DNA from: a virus
Lineage: Duplodnaviria > Heunggongvirae > Uroviricota > Caudoviricetes
IMG/VR virus record: IMGVR_UViG_2778261515_000019
Coordinates: 1 to 38,450 of that record
DNA: 38,450 nt
Direction: 5' to 3' (one strand)
Within the stretch, counting starts at the first letter, position 1; the number at the start of each line of letters is the position of its first letter. Shown here one piece after another: positions 16,365-26,079 of the stretch. Under the pieces are notes generated by a model, which did not search any database, was not told where the DNA came from, and saw only the letters and a program-made list of their open reading frames with translations. Position numbers and translations under genes: made by a program.

Positions 16365-19300
16365 ATGCAGTCGATCCAATTTAAACGCACACAAACGGCT
16401 GGTAAAAAACCAACGCCGGAACAATTATCACAGGGTGAAATCGCCTTACAGTTGGCGGATCATGTGATTTACACCAAAGACAAAAATAATAACGTAGTCC
16501 AAATTAGTGTTTCTCCAGAAAAACACGCTGAACTGAATACGAAAGTAGACAATAACAAAACTAGCACTGACCGTGTTATTGCTTCCAACAAACAAGAAGC
16601 CGCTAATAATCTGGCTAGTGCTAAAGCTGAACTGAATCAGACTATTACCACGAAAGATACAGCGACCAATAAGCGCATTGATGCTACTAACACCACGGTT
16701 AGTAACTTAACCCAGACAGTCACGGCAAATAAAACCGATGCTGATACTAAGATCAATAACCTTACGGGGACAGTTGCATCTAACAAATCAGCTATAGAAA
16801 CTACTGTAGCAAATAATAAACGAGATGCGGACAATAAAATCGCAGCTTTAACCACGACGGTTAATGACAATAACACCGCGATTAACAACAAAGTTAATAC
16901 CACTAACACCAACGTTAGCAACTTAACTAAAACTGTTACTGCAAATAAAACCGATGCAGATAACAAAATTTCTAGCTTAACTAGCACGGTTGCAGCTAAC
17001 AAAACAGCGATTGAAAAGGTCGTTTCCGACAACAAGAAAGATGCTGATACGAAGATCACCAACTTAACCAACACTGTTAATAGCAACCACACCGCCATTA
17101 ACAACAAGGTTGACCAGAATAAATCAGCTACTGATTCAGCGATTGCAGCCGCTAACCGTCGAATTGATGGTATTGAAGGTAGCAACGATGCTCTTTACAT
17201 CAAGAAGAATACCAACACTAAGCACGGCGGGTATCTGTTAAGCAAGACAGCTAACTATCTGGAAGACCAGACATCACGAGATCTTAACTACTTTGGTGCT
17301 TTCCGTACCAATGGTCTTGATGGACTCATGGATCTAACTCTTAACGTTCCTCACTCTGCCGGTAAAGCTCACGGTCGCGGATTTACTTTCCGTTATGCGT
17401 CTGGTGGATCTCGTGTTGAAACCTATGGTTTTGATAGAGATGGACAGAAGAACTTTAGCTATAAGATGTATCACGAAGGTGATAAGCCGACTCCTGGCGA
17501 GATTGGTGCATACACCAAAGCCGAAGTTGATAAGATGTTTGTTAAAAACGTCGCTATGTCTGTTCCCAATTCTAGCGAAAACGTATCTGCATATTTCAAA
17601 TTGGCAACCGCAACAATTCCACAAAACGGGCGTAGTGTGTTTTTCCGTATTCATGGTGGTGATGGTTACAACGTTGCGGCATATGACCAAGTTGATGTAG
17701 TAGAAATTCTTCTCCGTAGTGGTAACGATAGACCTAAAGGACTTAACGTAGTTGCATATCGTCGAAATACCGTCAAAGATTTTGATGTATTTGCCGTCAA
17801 TACATCCGGTGATAACTATGACATTTATGTGAAATATCAGCGTTACACTGATAACGTTATTGTAGAATATGGGAAATCTGTTAATGTAAGTCTGACGGTT
17901 TATGATACGCCGGAAGCCACGTTAATTAAACCTTCTGTTGGTGTTATTGGCGGTCGCGCGGTAACTCTATTCAATACAGAAAACAAACGAGGTGTGTTGA
18001 GTTTTGACGATAACACACAAAATAGTTATGATATTGTTCACTTGAGTAATGATAGGGGTACTGGACGAAAATATATTCGTAAATTCCGTAGTAACTATAA
18101 TGAAATGATCTGGCACGAGACGGTTCAAGGCGCCAGCTATCGTCTGGCTACTGGTGCAACTGATGCTCAGGAGATTCTAACCGTTGAATCTGTTAGCTCA
18201 ATTGCTGGAACTCATAAAGGTAATATTACTTCTGGCCGTATGCTGTTAAATGGCGGTAGTAATGTTATTACCTTGCGGCGTCCTGCTGGTCAATCCAACC
18301 ATATTGCGTTTCAAGATAATCGGACTGGAGATATTACCCGTCAAGGGTGGATCGGTTATGCCAATGCTGATACTAACGTTTTTGAATGGTATAGTGATGT
18401 AGGTGGCAGTTCTATTCGTCAACATATCGACGGACAGATCGAACTTGCAACCGGTAACACAAAACGCGTTTATACTAACGCTCAATTCATCTCAATGAAT
18501 AGCGACGCCTACCGTATGCTCTATGGTAATTATGGTGCATTCTGGCGTAATGACGGCGTTAAAGTTTATCTTCTTTCTACTGCCGAAAATGATAAATTGG
18601 GCGGATGGAATACTTATCGTCCATTCATTTATGATTTAACTTCCGGTAACGTTCAATTAGGCGGTGATGGTAACGAAGATGCATTAACGTTAGAACGTGC
18701 TTCTCGTGCCGCTCGCTTTAGTAATGACGTTTACATTAAGAAAGGGCATTTGACTTTCGACGCTGGGCGATTAAATTCCCGCGATTACTTCCGGTTTAAC
18801 CATTGGGGTGATAGCAATAACGGTCGCGATAACATCCTACAGATTGAAGACAGTAAGGGCGCACATTTTACCACTGAACGTACTTTATCAACTGGTGCGA
18901 TTAAAACTAAATTCTTCGGTGATTTGGAATCTGCTGGTCAAATTAAATGGGGTAAAGGGACCGCCGCATCTACGTTTACTCTACGTGTATGGGGTAACGA
19001 TAGTCGTAAACAAATATTTGAATGTGGCGATGAAAGTGGGTGGCATTGGTATACCCAACGACCTGGCGGTCCAGGTACTACAGCAATAGAATTTGCTATC
19101 AACGGTACTGTTAAGCCTCAAGCAATTCACAGTGGCGGTAATATCACTATCAACGGTGCTGATATTGAGTTTCGTCGCAGTGGCAATAAGCATTTGTGGT
19201 TTAGAGATCCGAACGGTTTAGAGTTAGGCTTGATGTACTGCGATGATGCTGGTGCTATTCGCTTCCGTGGTCAGAAACAAGCCCAGGCGTGGAAATTTGC

Positions 19301-19979
19301 AGATAAAATGATCCAGTTGGAATCTGGCACTGTATCCGGTGGCGGTAATGGCCTGATTCGTGGTGAAGTTGCTGGCGGTAGTTGGGCTAGCTGGCGTGAC
19401 CGTGCTGCTGGCCTTATGGTTGGGTGTCCTCAATCCACCAACTCGGCACATAACGTATGGAAAGCGACGCATTGGGGTAAATATCACATTGCAGCAATGG
19501 CTGTACATGTTCCTGATGGTACTATTACCAATGCTTTAGCTCGCCTAAACGTTCATGACGCCAACTTTGACTTTAACGCTGCGGGTGATTTTAGCGCAAG
19601 TCGTAATGGTAGCTTTAACGATGTTTACATTCGTTCGGACCGTCGTCTGAAAGTTAATCTGGAAGAATTAAAAGATGATGCTTTAGAGAAAGTAAACTCC
19701 CTGAAAGTCTACTCATACGATAAAGTTAAGTCTCTTAAAGATCGTAGTGTGATTAAACGCGAAGTCGGTATTATTGCTCAGGATCTGGAAGAAGTATTGC
19801 CGGAAGCAGTAGGTATTCAATCCACCGAAGATCCAGAAAATCCAGAAGCAATTAAGACTATTTCTAACTCTGCTGTTAATGCCTTGATTATTAAAGCTAT
19901 TCAGGAAATGGACGCCAAATATCAAGCTAAGATTGAAGCATTGACTAAAGAGATTGCCGAACTCAAAGCAACTAAATAA
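16365..19979 (+). CDS. Long tail fiber with N-terminal Thr/Asn-rich tandem repeats and C-terminal intramolecular-chaperone-like domain
   Basis: 1204 aa; two ~72-aa repeats NxSNLTxTVTANKTDADxKI...; C-terminal SDRRLKVNLEEL...VYSYD...GIIAQDLEEVLPEAV resembles autoproteolytic chaperone domains of fiber/endosialidase proteins. Confidence 0.8.
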   Translation: MQSIQFKRTQTAGKKPTPEQLSQGEIALQLADHVIYTKDKNNNVVQISVSPEKHAELNTKVDNNKTSTDRVIASNKQEAANNLASAKAELNQTITTKDTATNKRIDATNTTVSNLTQTVTANKTDADTKINNLTGTVASNKSAIETTVANNKRDADNKIAALTTTVNDNNTAINNKVNTTNTNVSNLTKTVTANKTDADNKISSLTSTVAANKTAIEKVVSDNKKDADTKITNLTNTVNSNHTAINNKVDQNKSATDSAIAAANRRIDGIEGSNDALYIKKNTNTKHGGYLLSKTANYLEDQTSRDLNYFGAFRTNGLDGLMDLTLNVPHSAGKAHGRGFTFRYASGGSRVETYGFDRDGQKNFSYKMYHEGDKPTPGEIGAYTKAEVDKMFVKNVAMSVPNSSENVSAYFKLATATIPQNGRSVFFRIHGGDGYNVAAYDQVDVVEILLRSGNDRPKGLNVVAYRRNTVKDFDVFAVNTSGDNYDIYVKYQRYTDNVIVEYGKSVNVSLTVYDTPEATLIKPSVGVIGGRAVTLFNTENKRGVLSFDDNTQNSYDIVHLSNDRGTGRKYIRKFRSNYNEMIWHETVQGASYRLATGATDAQEILTVESVSSIAGTHKGNITSGRMLLNGGSNVITLRRPAGQSNHIAFQDNRTGDITRQGWIGYANADTNVFEWYSDVGGSSIRQHIDGQIELATGNTKRVYTNAQFISMNSDAYRMLYGNYGAFWRNDGVKVYLLSTAENDKLGGWNTYRPFIYDLTSGNVQLGGDGNEDALTLERASRAARFSNDVYIKKGHLTFDAGRLNSRDYFRFNHWGDSNNGRDNILQIEDSKGAHFTTERTLSTGAIKTKFFGDLESAGQIKWGKGTAASTFTLRVWGNDSRKQIFECGDESGWHWYTQRPGGPGTTAIEFAINGTVKPQAIHSGGNITINGADIEFRRSGNKHLWFRDPNGLELGLMYCDDAGAIRFRGQKQAQAWKFADKMIQLESGTVSGGGNGLIRGEVAGGSWASWRDRAAGLMVGCPQSTNSAHNVWKATHWGKYHIAAMAVHVPDGTITNALARLNVHDANFDFNAAGDFSASRNGSFNDVYIRSDRRLKVNLEELKDDALEKVNSLKVYSYDKVKSLKDRSVIKREVGIIAQDLEEVLPEAVGIQSTEDPENPEAIKTISNSAVNALIIKAIQEMDAKYQAKIEALTKEIAELKATK

Positions 19980-20035
19980 TAAAAGTCGGGGGACTAGTTC
20001 CCCCGTTATAACAAATTTAATTAAGGGGTAATTAT

Positions 20036-20509
20036 ATGTCTCAACAATTCAAAGATATTTTTACTGGTGGTTTGGTAAGTCTGTTCTATCACGCTGATAC
20101 CACTAACACCGCTCTCAACCATGAGGGGTATGAAGAAATTAAAGAGTGTGCTGGTTTTCCTGAAACTGGTATCGAGCGCGGTACTGTAGAAGTTAAATCC
20201 TTCTCTTCTCAGTATAACCGTAAACTGGTAGGGAAGCTGAACGTTCCTGATCTGACTCTTACGGTGAATTACATCCCCGGGGATAGTGTCCACGAAAAAT
20301 TGATCAAAGCTGCCGAAGACGGCACAAGAGTACAAATCAAAATAGAGTATTATGTTGACGCCGGAAAACAGACTGGTATTCGCACCGCTTTCAACGGCTT
20401 CATTTCTAAAGTTGCTATGAACGGTGGCGATGAAGAAGTGGTAACTAAAGAGTTTACCTTTGCAGTGGACGGCAAACCGCTGAAACAGGAAATCTTCACT
20501 GCCGGATGA
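20036..20509 (+). CDS. Major tail tube protein
   Basis: 157 aa; strong RBS AAGGGGT; followed by terminator module as for capsid gene; tube-like motif DLTLTVNY ... FTFAVDG. Confidence 0.6.
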   Translation: MSQQFKDIFTGGLVSLFYHADTTNTALNHEGYEEIKECAGFPETGIERGTVEVKSFSSQYNRKLVGKLNVPDLTLTVNYIPGDSVHEKLIKAAEDGTRVQIKIEYYVDAGKQTGIRTAFNGFISKVAMNGGDEEVVTKEFTFAVDGKPLKQEIFTAG

Positions 20510-20629
20510 ACTAACGAAGAACTTCCCGAACCGGAACCACAGCCGGAACATGAAGCGGTGGTGATTCCAGAAGTAGAAGAAGTTACGGCGAAAGCCACAG
20601 CTAAACGAAGCCGCAAGGCTAAAGATTAA
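20510..20629 (+). other. In-frame 39-codon extension after the tail-tube TGA stop (TNEELPEPEPQPEHEAVVIPEVEEVTAKATAKRSRKAKD)
   Basis: Frame open from TGA (20507-09) to TAA (20627-29); shares AACGAAGAA(T/C)T.CC.GAA start and the identical 24-nt block with the capsid extension; indels relative to that copy are multiples of 3. Confidence 0.3.
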
Positions 20630-20634
20630 TTATA

Positions 20635-20663
20635 AGCCCTGCCTTAATGGTGGGGCTTTTTTA
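20635..20663 (+). terminator. Rho-independent terminator (copy 2 of duplicated module)
   Basis: AGCCCTGCCTT-AAT-GGTGGGGCT followed by TTTTTTATT. Confidence 0.7.
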
Positions 20664-20678
20664 TTGGAGCAATAAAAA

Positions 20679-21185
20679 ATGGCGAATGTCGTTAATAAGC
20701 CCGGCTGGGTCGGGTCATCTGCTGTTTCTGTAACTAGTCAACGATGGATGACCGCAGCAATGAACGCATTAAAGGTTAGTCGCCCAGCTAACATGAGTGC
20801 GATGTGTGGTCGTGGTATGGATACGGTTGTAGCTACTGCTGCGTGGTCTACTTCATTGGGTAATAACTGGGGTGTAACTGCTTCAAACTATCCAGTAACT
20901 GACATGCGCGGTAAAGGATCTATGGAGAACCCCGAAAACGTTGGCGTAGGGCGTCTGATTGGCGTTATCGTTGGTCAATTCAATGGTGGTACTCCTACTA
21001 TGGCTGTATATCTCCAGAACGGTAGAGCGGGGAATATAACCGTTAATTTGGGTGGTGCTGCTGTCACTGTTCCTTATAACAGTATGCAAAGTGGTTTTCA
21101 TTACTACTGGTTAAGCAATCCTCCGGCTGCTTTCCTTACCAACATTAAGAAGACTGGCACTAAGCAGACTTTGAAAATCTCTTAA
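20679..21185 (+). CDS. Tail-associated protein of unknown role
   Basis: 168 aa; between tail tube and chaperone genes. Confidence 0.45.
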   Translation: MANVVNKPGWVGSSAVSVTSQRWMTAAMNALKVSRPANMSAMCGRGMDTVVATAAWSTSLGNNWGVTASNYPVTDMRGKGSMENPENVGVGRLIGVIVGQFNGGTPTMAVYLQNGRAGNITVNLGGAAVTVPYNSMQSGFHYYWLSNPPAAFLTNIKKTGTKQTLKIS

Positions 21186-21227
21186 ATTCTAAATAAACAT
21201 ATCGAATTAACTTAAGAGGACACAAGA

Positions 21228-21536
21228 ATGAATATTAATGAAATGCTGAAAGCTCTTTCTCCGAAACGTGAATCTCTGACCATCGGTGGATTTACTTTCT
21301 ATGCTCGCCCTATGTCAGTAAAAGAATTTAACGAACATGTTTTCAATACTGATAAAGAAGACCGTGATGAACGTTCTATTCTTCGTTGTATTGAAGATGA
21401 AGATGGTAAACCGGTATTTGAATCTATGGAACAAGTTAAGGCACTGTATACTAACGTCCGCAGTGAATTAATCGGTTTGGTTGCTCAAGCATCATTGATG
21501 CAAGATCCGGCAGTAATTGAAAACGAGGTAAAGTAA
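21228..21536 (+). CDS. Tail assembly chaperone (G-like)
   Basis: 102 aa directly upstream of the tape measure gene; overlapping -1 frame ORF follows. Confidence 0.6.
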   Translation: MNINEMLKALSPKRESLTIGGFTFYARPMSVKEFNEHVFNTDKEDRDERSILRCIEDEDGKPVFESMEQVKALYTNVRSELIGLVAQASLMQDPAVIENEVK

Positions 21537-21916
21537 ACCCGCTTCTGAATTTCTACTTTCGGCAAATGATGCGATCGGGGCTTAGTAAAGATGAAATGGA
21601 TAATATGCCAATCACTCTGTTTTGGAAATTATACATTTTCGACACCTACTTAGAACCACAAAGCCCCGCGTTTCATGATATGCAGAATGCGATGTTGCAA
21701 TATTCCATGTATATGACGTCACAAGGAATGACACGCGAAACTGCACGTAAACTCAAGCCTAGCCAATTCCAATTAATTAGAGAAGAAAAACTCTTTAAAA
21801 CTAAAGAAGAACTGGAAGAACTTGCACGCAAGAAAGAAGAAGAACGTAAAGCTGCAACATTGAGCATGTTCGATCCATCTTTGCTTGAGAAACTCAGAAG
21901 CGCACAAACGGGGTAA
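21521..21916 (+). CDS. Tail assembly chaperone frameshift extension (GT-like product via -1 slip near 21530-21533)
   Basis: -1 frame open from 21521 to 21916; candidate slip A-AAG immediately before the G stop codon TAA. Confidence 0.5.
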   Translation, partial: KRGKVNPLLNFYFRQMMRSGLSKDEMDNMPITLFWKLYIFDTYLEPQSPAFHDMQNAMLQYSMYMTSQGMTRETARKLKPSQFQLIREEKLFKTKEELEELARKKEEERKAATLSMFDPSLLEKLRSAQTG

Positions 21917-21919
21917 TTT

Positions 21920-24349
21920 ATGACAAGACATATAGTAACAATAGAAGGGGATAATAAAGGTCTAAGGAGAAGTACCAATGAAGCCGCCGACCTTCTCGAT
22001 CGTTTGTCTGAAAAGGCAAGTAATATTGATTTTGGTGGTGGCTTATCTGGTCTGACTGGATCTCTTCGTGGGATCGCTGGCTCTGCTGGTTTGGCTGCTG
22101 GTGGTATCGGCTTAGTTGCTACCGCAGTGGTTGCAGCCGCTAAAGCTGGCGCGGAATACGTTAAACAGTATTCAGAAGTATCTAAGGCGACCGGACTCTC
22201 GATTGAATCCCTTCAAAGACTGGAAAAGGAATTTTCTGGTACTGGCCTAACAGTTGAAAAATTCGGTGATATCAACAAAGACACCTTAGATAAGATGGGT
22301 GATGCATGGGCTAACGGTGGTGGTATTGCTGATGACTTAGAATCGGTTGGCCTTAAGTTAGAAAACTATGCTCACTTCATGACAGATCCGCAAGGTGGTA
22401 TGAAAGCGGCGATCCAAGTGTTCTATGACATGAAGAAAGCCGGAAAATCAATGGCTGAAATCAAGTTCATGATGGAATCTTTAGCCAGTGATTCAAGCCA
22501 TATGACCAGCCAGCTTGAGAAATATAATAGTGCTCAAGAGGCGATGATCGCTATTCAGAATCAATCTGTTAACGTCACCGAAGAAAACGCTAAAAAATAT
22601 GATAAATTTTCTCAGAATATTAATAAGCTGGAAAATAACCTGAAAGGTGTCGGTATGACCATTACTGGTCCGCTGGTTGATAGCTTAAACTGGTTATTTG
22701 AATGGTTTAATATTGATTGGGAAAAGAGTTCTCTATTCAGGGCATTAGACCGTCTGAATAAAGAAGGTAAGACCGCAACTGGTGGTATTCTTAACACCAA
22801 CCATAAAGACGCTCAAAAGATTATTGACAAGTACAATAAAGAAAAGCGTTGGAATAATCTGGCAGATTGGGAAAAGGCCGCGATCCGTGGTGCTGGTGTC
22901 GATCCTCGTACTGCTGGCTTTGATGTTGAAGGATTTAAGAAACGTTTTGGTGATTCTTATAAGAAAAATGGCTCTCTGATTGTTGTCGATAACGGGGAAC
23001 ATCTAACCCGCAAGGCAGATCCTAACCATGATTTGACTATCCCGACTACACCAACTCGACCAGCTTCATTGGGTAAGTCTGGCAACGAGAAGAAAGCCGA
23101 GGAAGAAGCCAAAAAGAAAGCGGAAGAGGCAGCTAAAAAGGCTAAGGAAGCCGCAGAAAAAGCACAGAAAGCACGCGAGGATGCAATCAAGCGACTGAAT
23201 GCACTTGATGTTAAATTGCAAGGGCAAGTTGCAGCGTCTATTGCTTCTCAAAACAAGCAGTTAGAAGCCAGCTTGAAAGATTTGGATACTGCTTTAGATC
23301 TGGGCTTAATCTCTCAGCAAGACGCAGCCGCGAAACGCCAATCATTAATCGATCAGAATACTGAAAACGTATACAAGATGATTTTAGGTGCTGATCCGGT
23401 TGATGCTTTGAATGCCTTAACACAATTGCAACAAATCAGGGACAACGAGTTAGAAAGCCATAAACGGTTACTTGATGGCAAGGCTATCTCCTACGAAGAA
23501 TATATGCGTCGTGTGAATGATACCGAACAAAGTTATTCACAGATTGAAGATTCTTTGCATGGAATGGATGGTTTTAAAACCAATCAGTTGACCAATAGCT
23601 TAGACTATCAAGACTCAAATAACCCGTTTGCTAAATTTAATGCAATCGATAAAGAGAAATCGGAAGCGGAACAAGATTATAAGACCGATAAACTCAAGAT
23701 TGATGGGATCACCGATCCGGCTAAACGGATGGCTGCATTAGAAAAACTCAATGAAAACCATCAAAAACGAATGGCTGCAATTGAGAAGAAATATGCTGAT
23801 GCTCGACAGTCAATAGCCGATGATATGTATGGCGGTTTTGCTGCTGCAATGACTCTCTTCGGGCAGGAAAACACTAAAGCTATGCAGATGGCTTTCACTG
23901 CTCATAAAGCATTCTCCATTGGACAAGCGACGGTGAACATGTGGACGGCTGCTACCGATGCATGGAACGATCCGACCAACGTAACCACAGGTCAAAAAAT
24001 CGCTGCTGCTGCATTGGCTGTTTCTCAGAACATGGGGAACATCGCAAACATCAAGTCTACTAACGTTAGCGGTATGGCTCACGATGGTATTGATAACATC
24101 CCTCGTGAGGGTACATGGCTGCTTGATAAGGGTGAACGAGTAGTTGATCAGCGTACTAACGGTGATTTGAAAGACTTCTTATCTGCTCAAAAATCAGGCG
24201 GTGGCAACTCTCAGCCGATTGAAGTTAATGCGCCTTTGAACATTAACGGCAACGTTAATAGCTCAGACAAGATGGTTATGGATGCTATCAAACGTCACGC
24301 TAAGTTAGTTGCTCAGGCGGTAGAAGACGCACAGCGCCGTAAGATGTAA
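21920..24349 (+). CDS. Tail tape measure protein
   Basis: 809 aa; Gly-rich membrane-like segment GIAGSAGLAAGGIGLVATAVVAAA; extensive coiled-coil; position after G/GT. Confidence 0.85.
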   Translation: MTRHIVTIEGDNKGLRRSTNEAADLLDRLSEKASNIDFGGGLSGLTGSLRGIAGSAGLAAGGIGLVATAVVAAAKAGAEYVKQYSEVSKATGLSIESLQRLEKEFSGTGLTVEKFGDINKDTLDKMGDAWANGGGIADDLESVGLKLENYAHFMTDPQGGMKAAIQVFYDMKKAGKSMAEIKFMMESLASDSSHMTSQLEKYNSAQEAMIAIQNQSVNVTEENAKKYDKFSQNINKLENNLKGVGMTITGPLVDSLNWLFEWFNIDWEKSSLFRALDRLNKEGKTATGGILNTNHKDAQKIIDKYNKEKRWNNLADWEKAAIRGAGVDPRTAGFDVEGFKKRFGDSYKKNGSLIVVDNGEHLTRKADPNHDLTIPTTPTRPASLGKSGNEKKAEEEAKKKAEEAAKKAKEAAEKAQKAREDAIKRLNALDVKLQGQVAASIASQNKQLEASLKDLDTALDLGLISQQDAAAKRQSLIDQNTENVYKMILGADPVDALNALTQLQQIRDNELESHKRLLDGKAISYEEYMRRVNDTEQSYSQIEDSLHGMDGFKTNQLTNSLDYQDSNNPFAKFNAIDKEKSEAEQDYKTDKLKIDGITDPAKRMAALEKLNENHQKRMAAIEKKYADARQSIADDMYGGFAAAMTLFGQENTKAMQMAFTAHKAFSIGQATVNMWTAATDAWNDPTNVTTGQKIAAAALAVSQNMGNIANIKSTNVSGMAHDGIDNIPREGTWLLDKGERVVDQRTNGDLKDFLSAQKSGGGNSQPIEVNAPLNINGNVNSSDKMVMDAIKRHAKLVAQAVEDAQRRKM

Positions 24350-24355
24350 TTAAAA

Positions 24356-24397
24356 GCCCCCATAGTGATAAATAATCATAAAACTATGGGGGCTTTT
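24356..24397 (+). terminator. Stem-loop plus T-tract after the tape measure gene
   Basis: GCCCCCATAG ... CTATGGGGGC 10-bp stem, 18-nt loop, TTTT. Confidence 0.45.
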
Positions 24398-24399
24398 CT

Positions 24400-24960
24400 A
24401 TGTTCAAATCAAAGAATATTAAAATCACAGATTTTACTCTTAAATCAAAACAGCCTTTCTTCAAGGCGCAATCTATCTCCGGTAAGTTCCAGCGTCGCTT
24501 TACTGGCATCCATTTTTACGAAGCAGAATTTACCGCGAATTTCATGGCTCAGGATATTAACGAAGTAAAAGAATTTGTAGCACGTCACCTTTTTGGTCGT
24601 CCTTTCAATGTGCCACTGTCTTACTTTTCAAAATATACAGGTGATGTACGCCAGATGGTAACGGCTGCTGCTGGTACTGCTCGCGGTGGGCGTAAGGTGA
24701 GAATCTCCAACTTCACCGGAACACTGAAAGCGGGAACTGTCATCCAGTTTGAGAACCACAAGAAAATCTACACGATCACCGAAGATGTGAAATCAGGTGG
24801 TGAAATGAAACTCTTCCCTAACTTGCGTCAAAACGTCCTGGCGGGTGAGGTGATCAAGTATCAAAACGTAGAAGGTGAATTTGTTCTCAAAACTGAAAAT
24901 ATCGATTGGAAGATCGCCCAGATTGGCAAGATGAAATTCGAATTAGTGGAGAATGTATAA
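24400..24960 (+). CDS. Minor tail protein (distal tail / gpM position)
   Basis: 186 aa; position after tape measure. Confidence 0.45.
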   Translation: MFKSKNIKITDFTLKSKQPFFKAQSISGKFQRRFTGIHFYEAEFTANFMAQDINEVKEFVARHLFGRPFNVPLSYFSKYTGDVRQMVTAAAGTARGGRKVRISNFTGTLKAGTVIQFENHKKIYTITEDVKSGGEMKLFPNLRQNVLAGEVIKYQNVEGEFVLKTENIDWKIAQIGKMKFELVENV

Positions 24961-25613
24961 TGGCAACTATTCAAGAATCATTCAGCAAACTATGCACTAA
25001 TCTGGACTTCATCGAGGTATACAACGACCAGACAGGTCAGAATGTGTCTAGATTGACTCTACCGCAGCTTTTCTCTACTGGCTCGATGTTTCACATTATC
25101 GAAGTGATAACAGCGTCAGGTGACGTTCTACGGCTTACAGATGGGTATTTCGATTTGGACTATAACGGTTTTACATATCTCGCAACGGGTGACTTTCTTC
25201 AAATCTCATCGAATACCGAAGAGAAGGAGATCAACAACAACGGGATCAACGTAACTGTTTCTAACGTTCGCGAGGAATACATTACTCTCATTCGAAACAA
25301 GCAATTCGATAAATCTGATGTGAAAATCGAGATGGTTTTCCTTAACCCCAACACGGGAAAGGTTGAAACCACTTACCCTGTTTTCCGTGGGGTAGTCGAT
25401 TCCATCGGGATTAACATCGAACATGAAGATGATGAGTGTAAAAACGAATCAGAATTTCAGCTTAATAGTATCTGGGAAGTTCTAGATAAAAACGCCCGTA
25501 GTCATGCCTCCGATGGTATCCACCGTTCCTATGTTGGAAACGAGAACGATCTATTCTTCTCTCGTGCCGGGAAGTGGAATAGCGAAAGCAAGTGGCATTC
25601 TTCTAAGAAATAA
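24960..25613 (+). CDS. Minor tail protein L-like
   Basis: ATG overlaps upstream stop (TAATG); 217 aa; weak gpL-like segments; C-terminal Cys/His-containing region. Confidence 0.45.
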   Translation: MATIQESFSKLCTNLDFIEVYNDQTGQNVSRLTLPQLFSTGSMFHIIEVITASGDVLRLTDGYFDLDYNGFTYLATGDFLQISSNTEEKEINNNGINVTVSNVREEYITLIRNKQFDKSDVKIEMVFLNPNTGKVETTYPVFRGVVDSIGINIEHEDDECKNESEFQLNSIWEVLDKNARSHASDGIHRSYVGNENDLFFSRAGKWNSESKWHSSKK

Positions 25614-25659
25614 TCCCTTCTCCCTAAGCCTAGTAAATAACAGCATGGAGGTATTCAAC

Positions 25660-26079
25660 ATGCTAAAAACTAGGCTTATCACCGATTACATCAATTCTTT
25701 AATAGGTCAGGAGTTCGTTCAGGGTGAGAATGATTGCAATCTAATTGCATGTAAGATCATCGATATTCTCGCTGGTACTGACCTATATAATTCTCTTTAT
25801 AAAAAATATTCAACTAAAGAAGAAGGCTTGAAAATCTGCAAAGAATTAAGCGGGTATTCAAATATCCTTCAACCAATTAAGAAACATTTCAAATTAGTCA
25901 CTGATGATTTACAGGACGGCGACTTACTGGTCACAGCCCACAAATTAGGAAACCGTAATTATTATTCCGTAGTTCCTCATTATTCCGGTTATGGCCTCGT
26001 TGAAGAAGATGGTATCTGGATGACCATTCCTGTTTCAGACATTGACTATGAACAAGTTTATAGATTCGGGGGTGAATAA
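25660..26079 (+). CDS. Tail assembly protein K-like (NlpC/P60-type segment)
   Basis: RBS GGAGG; GENDCNLIACKI candidate catalytic Cys; gpK position. Confidence 0.45.
   Translation: MLKTRLITDYINSLIGQEFVQGENDCNLIACKIIDILAGTDLYNSLYKKYSTKEEGLKICKELSGYSNILQPIKKHFKLVTDDLQDGDLLVTAHKLGNRNYYSVVPHYSGYGLVEEDGIWMTIPVSDIDYEQVYRFGGE

Noticed and set aside
16637-17185. 182-aa Leu/Val-rich minus-strand ORF
   Set aside because: Antisense to the Thr/Asn-rich repeat region of the fiber gene
24365-24568. 67-aa plus-strand ORF
   Set aside because: Starts inside the terminator loop after the tape measure gene and overlaps gene 24400..24960 out of frame
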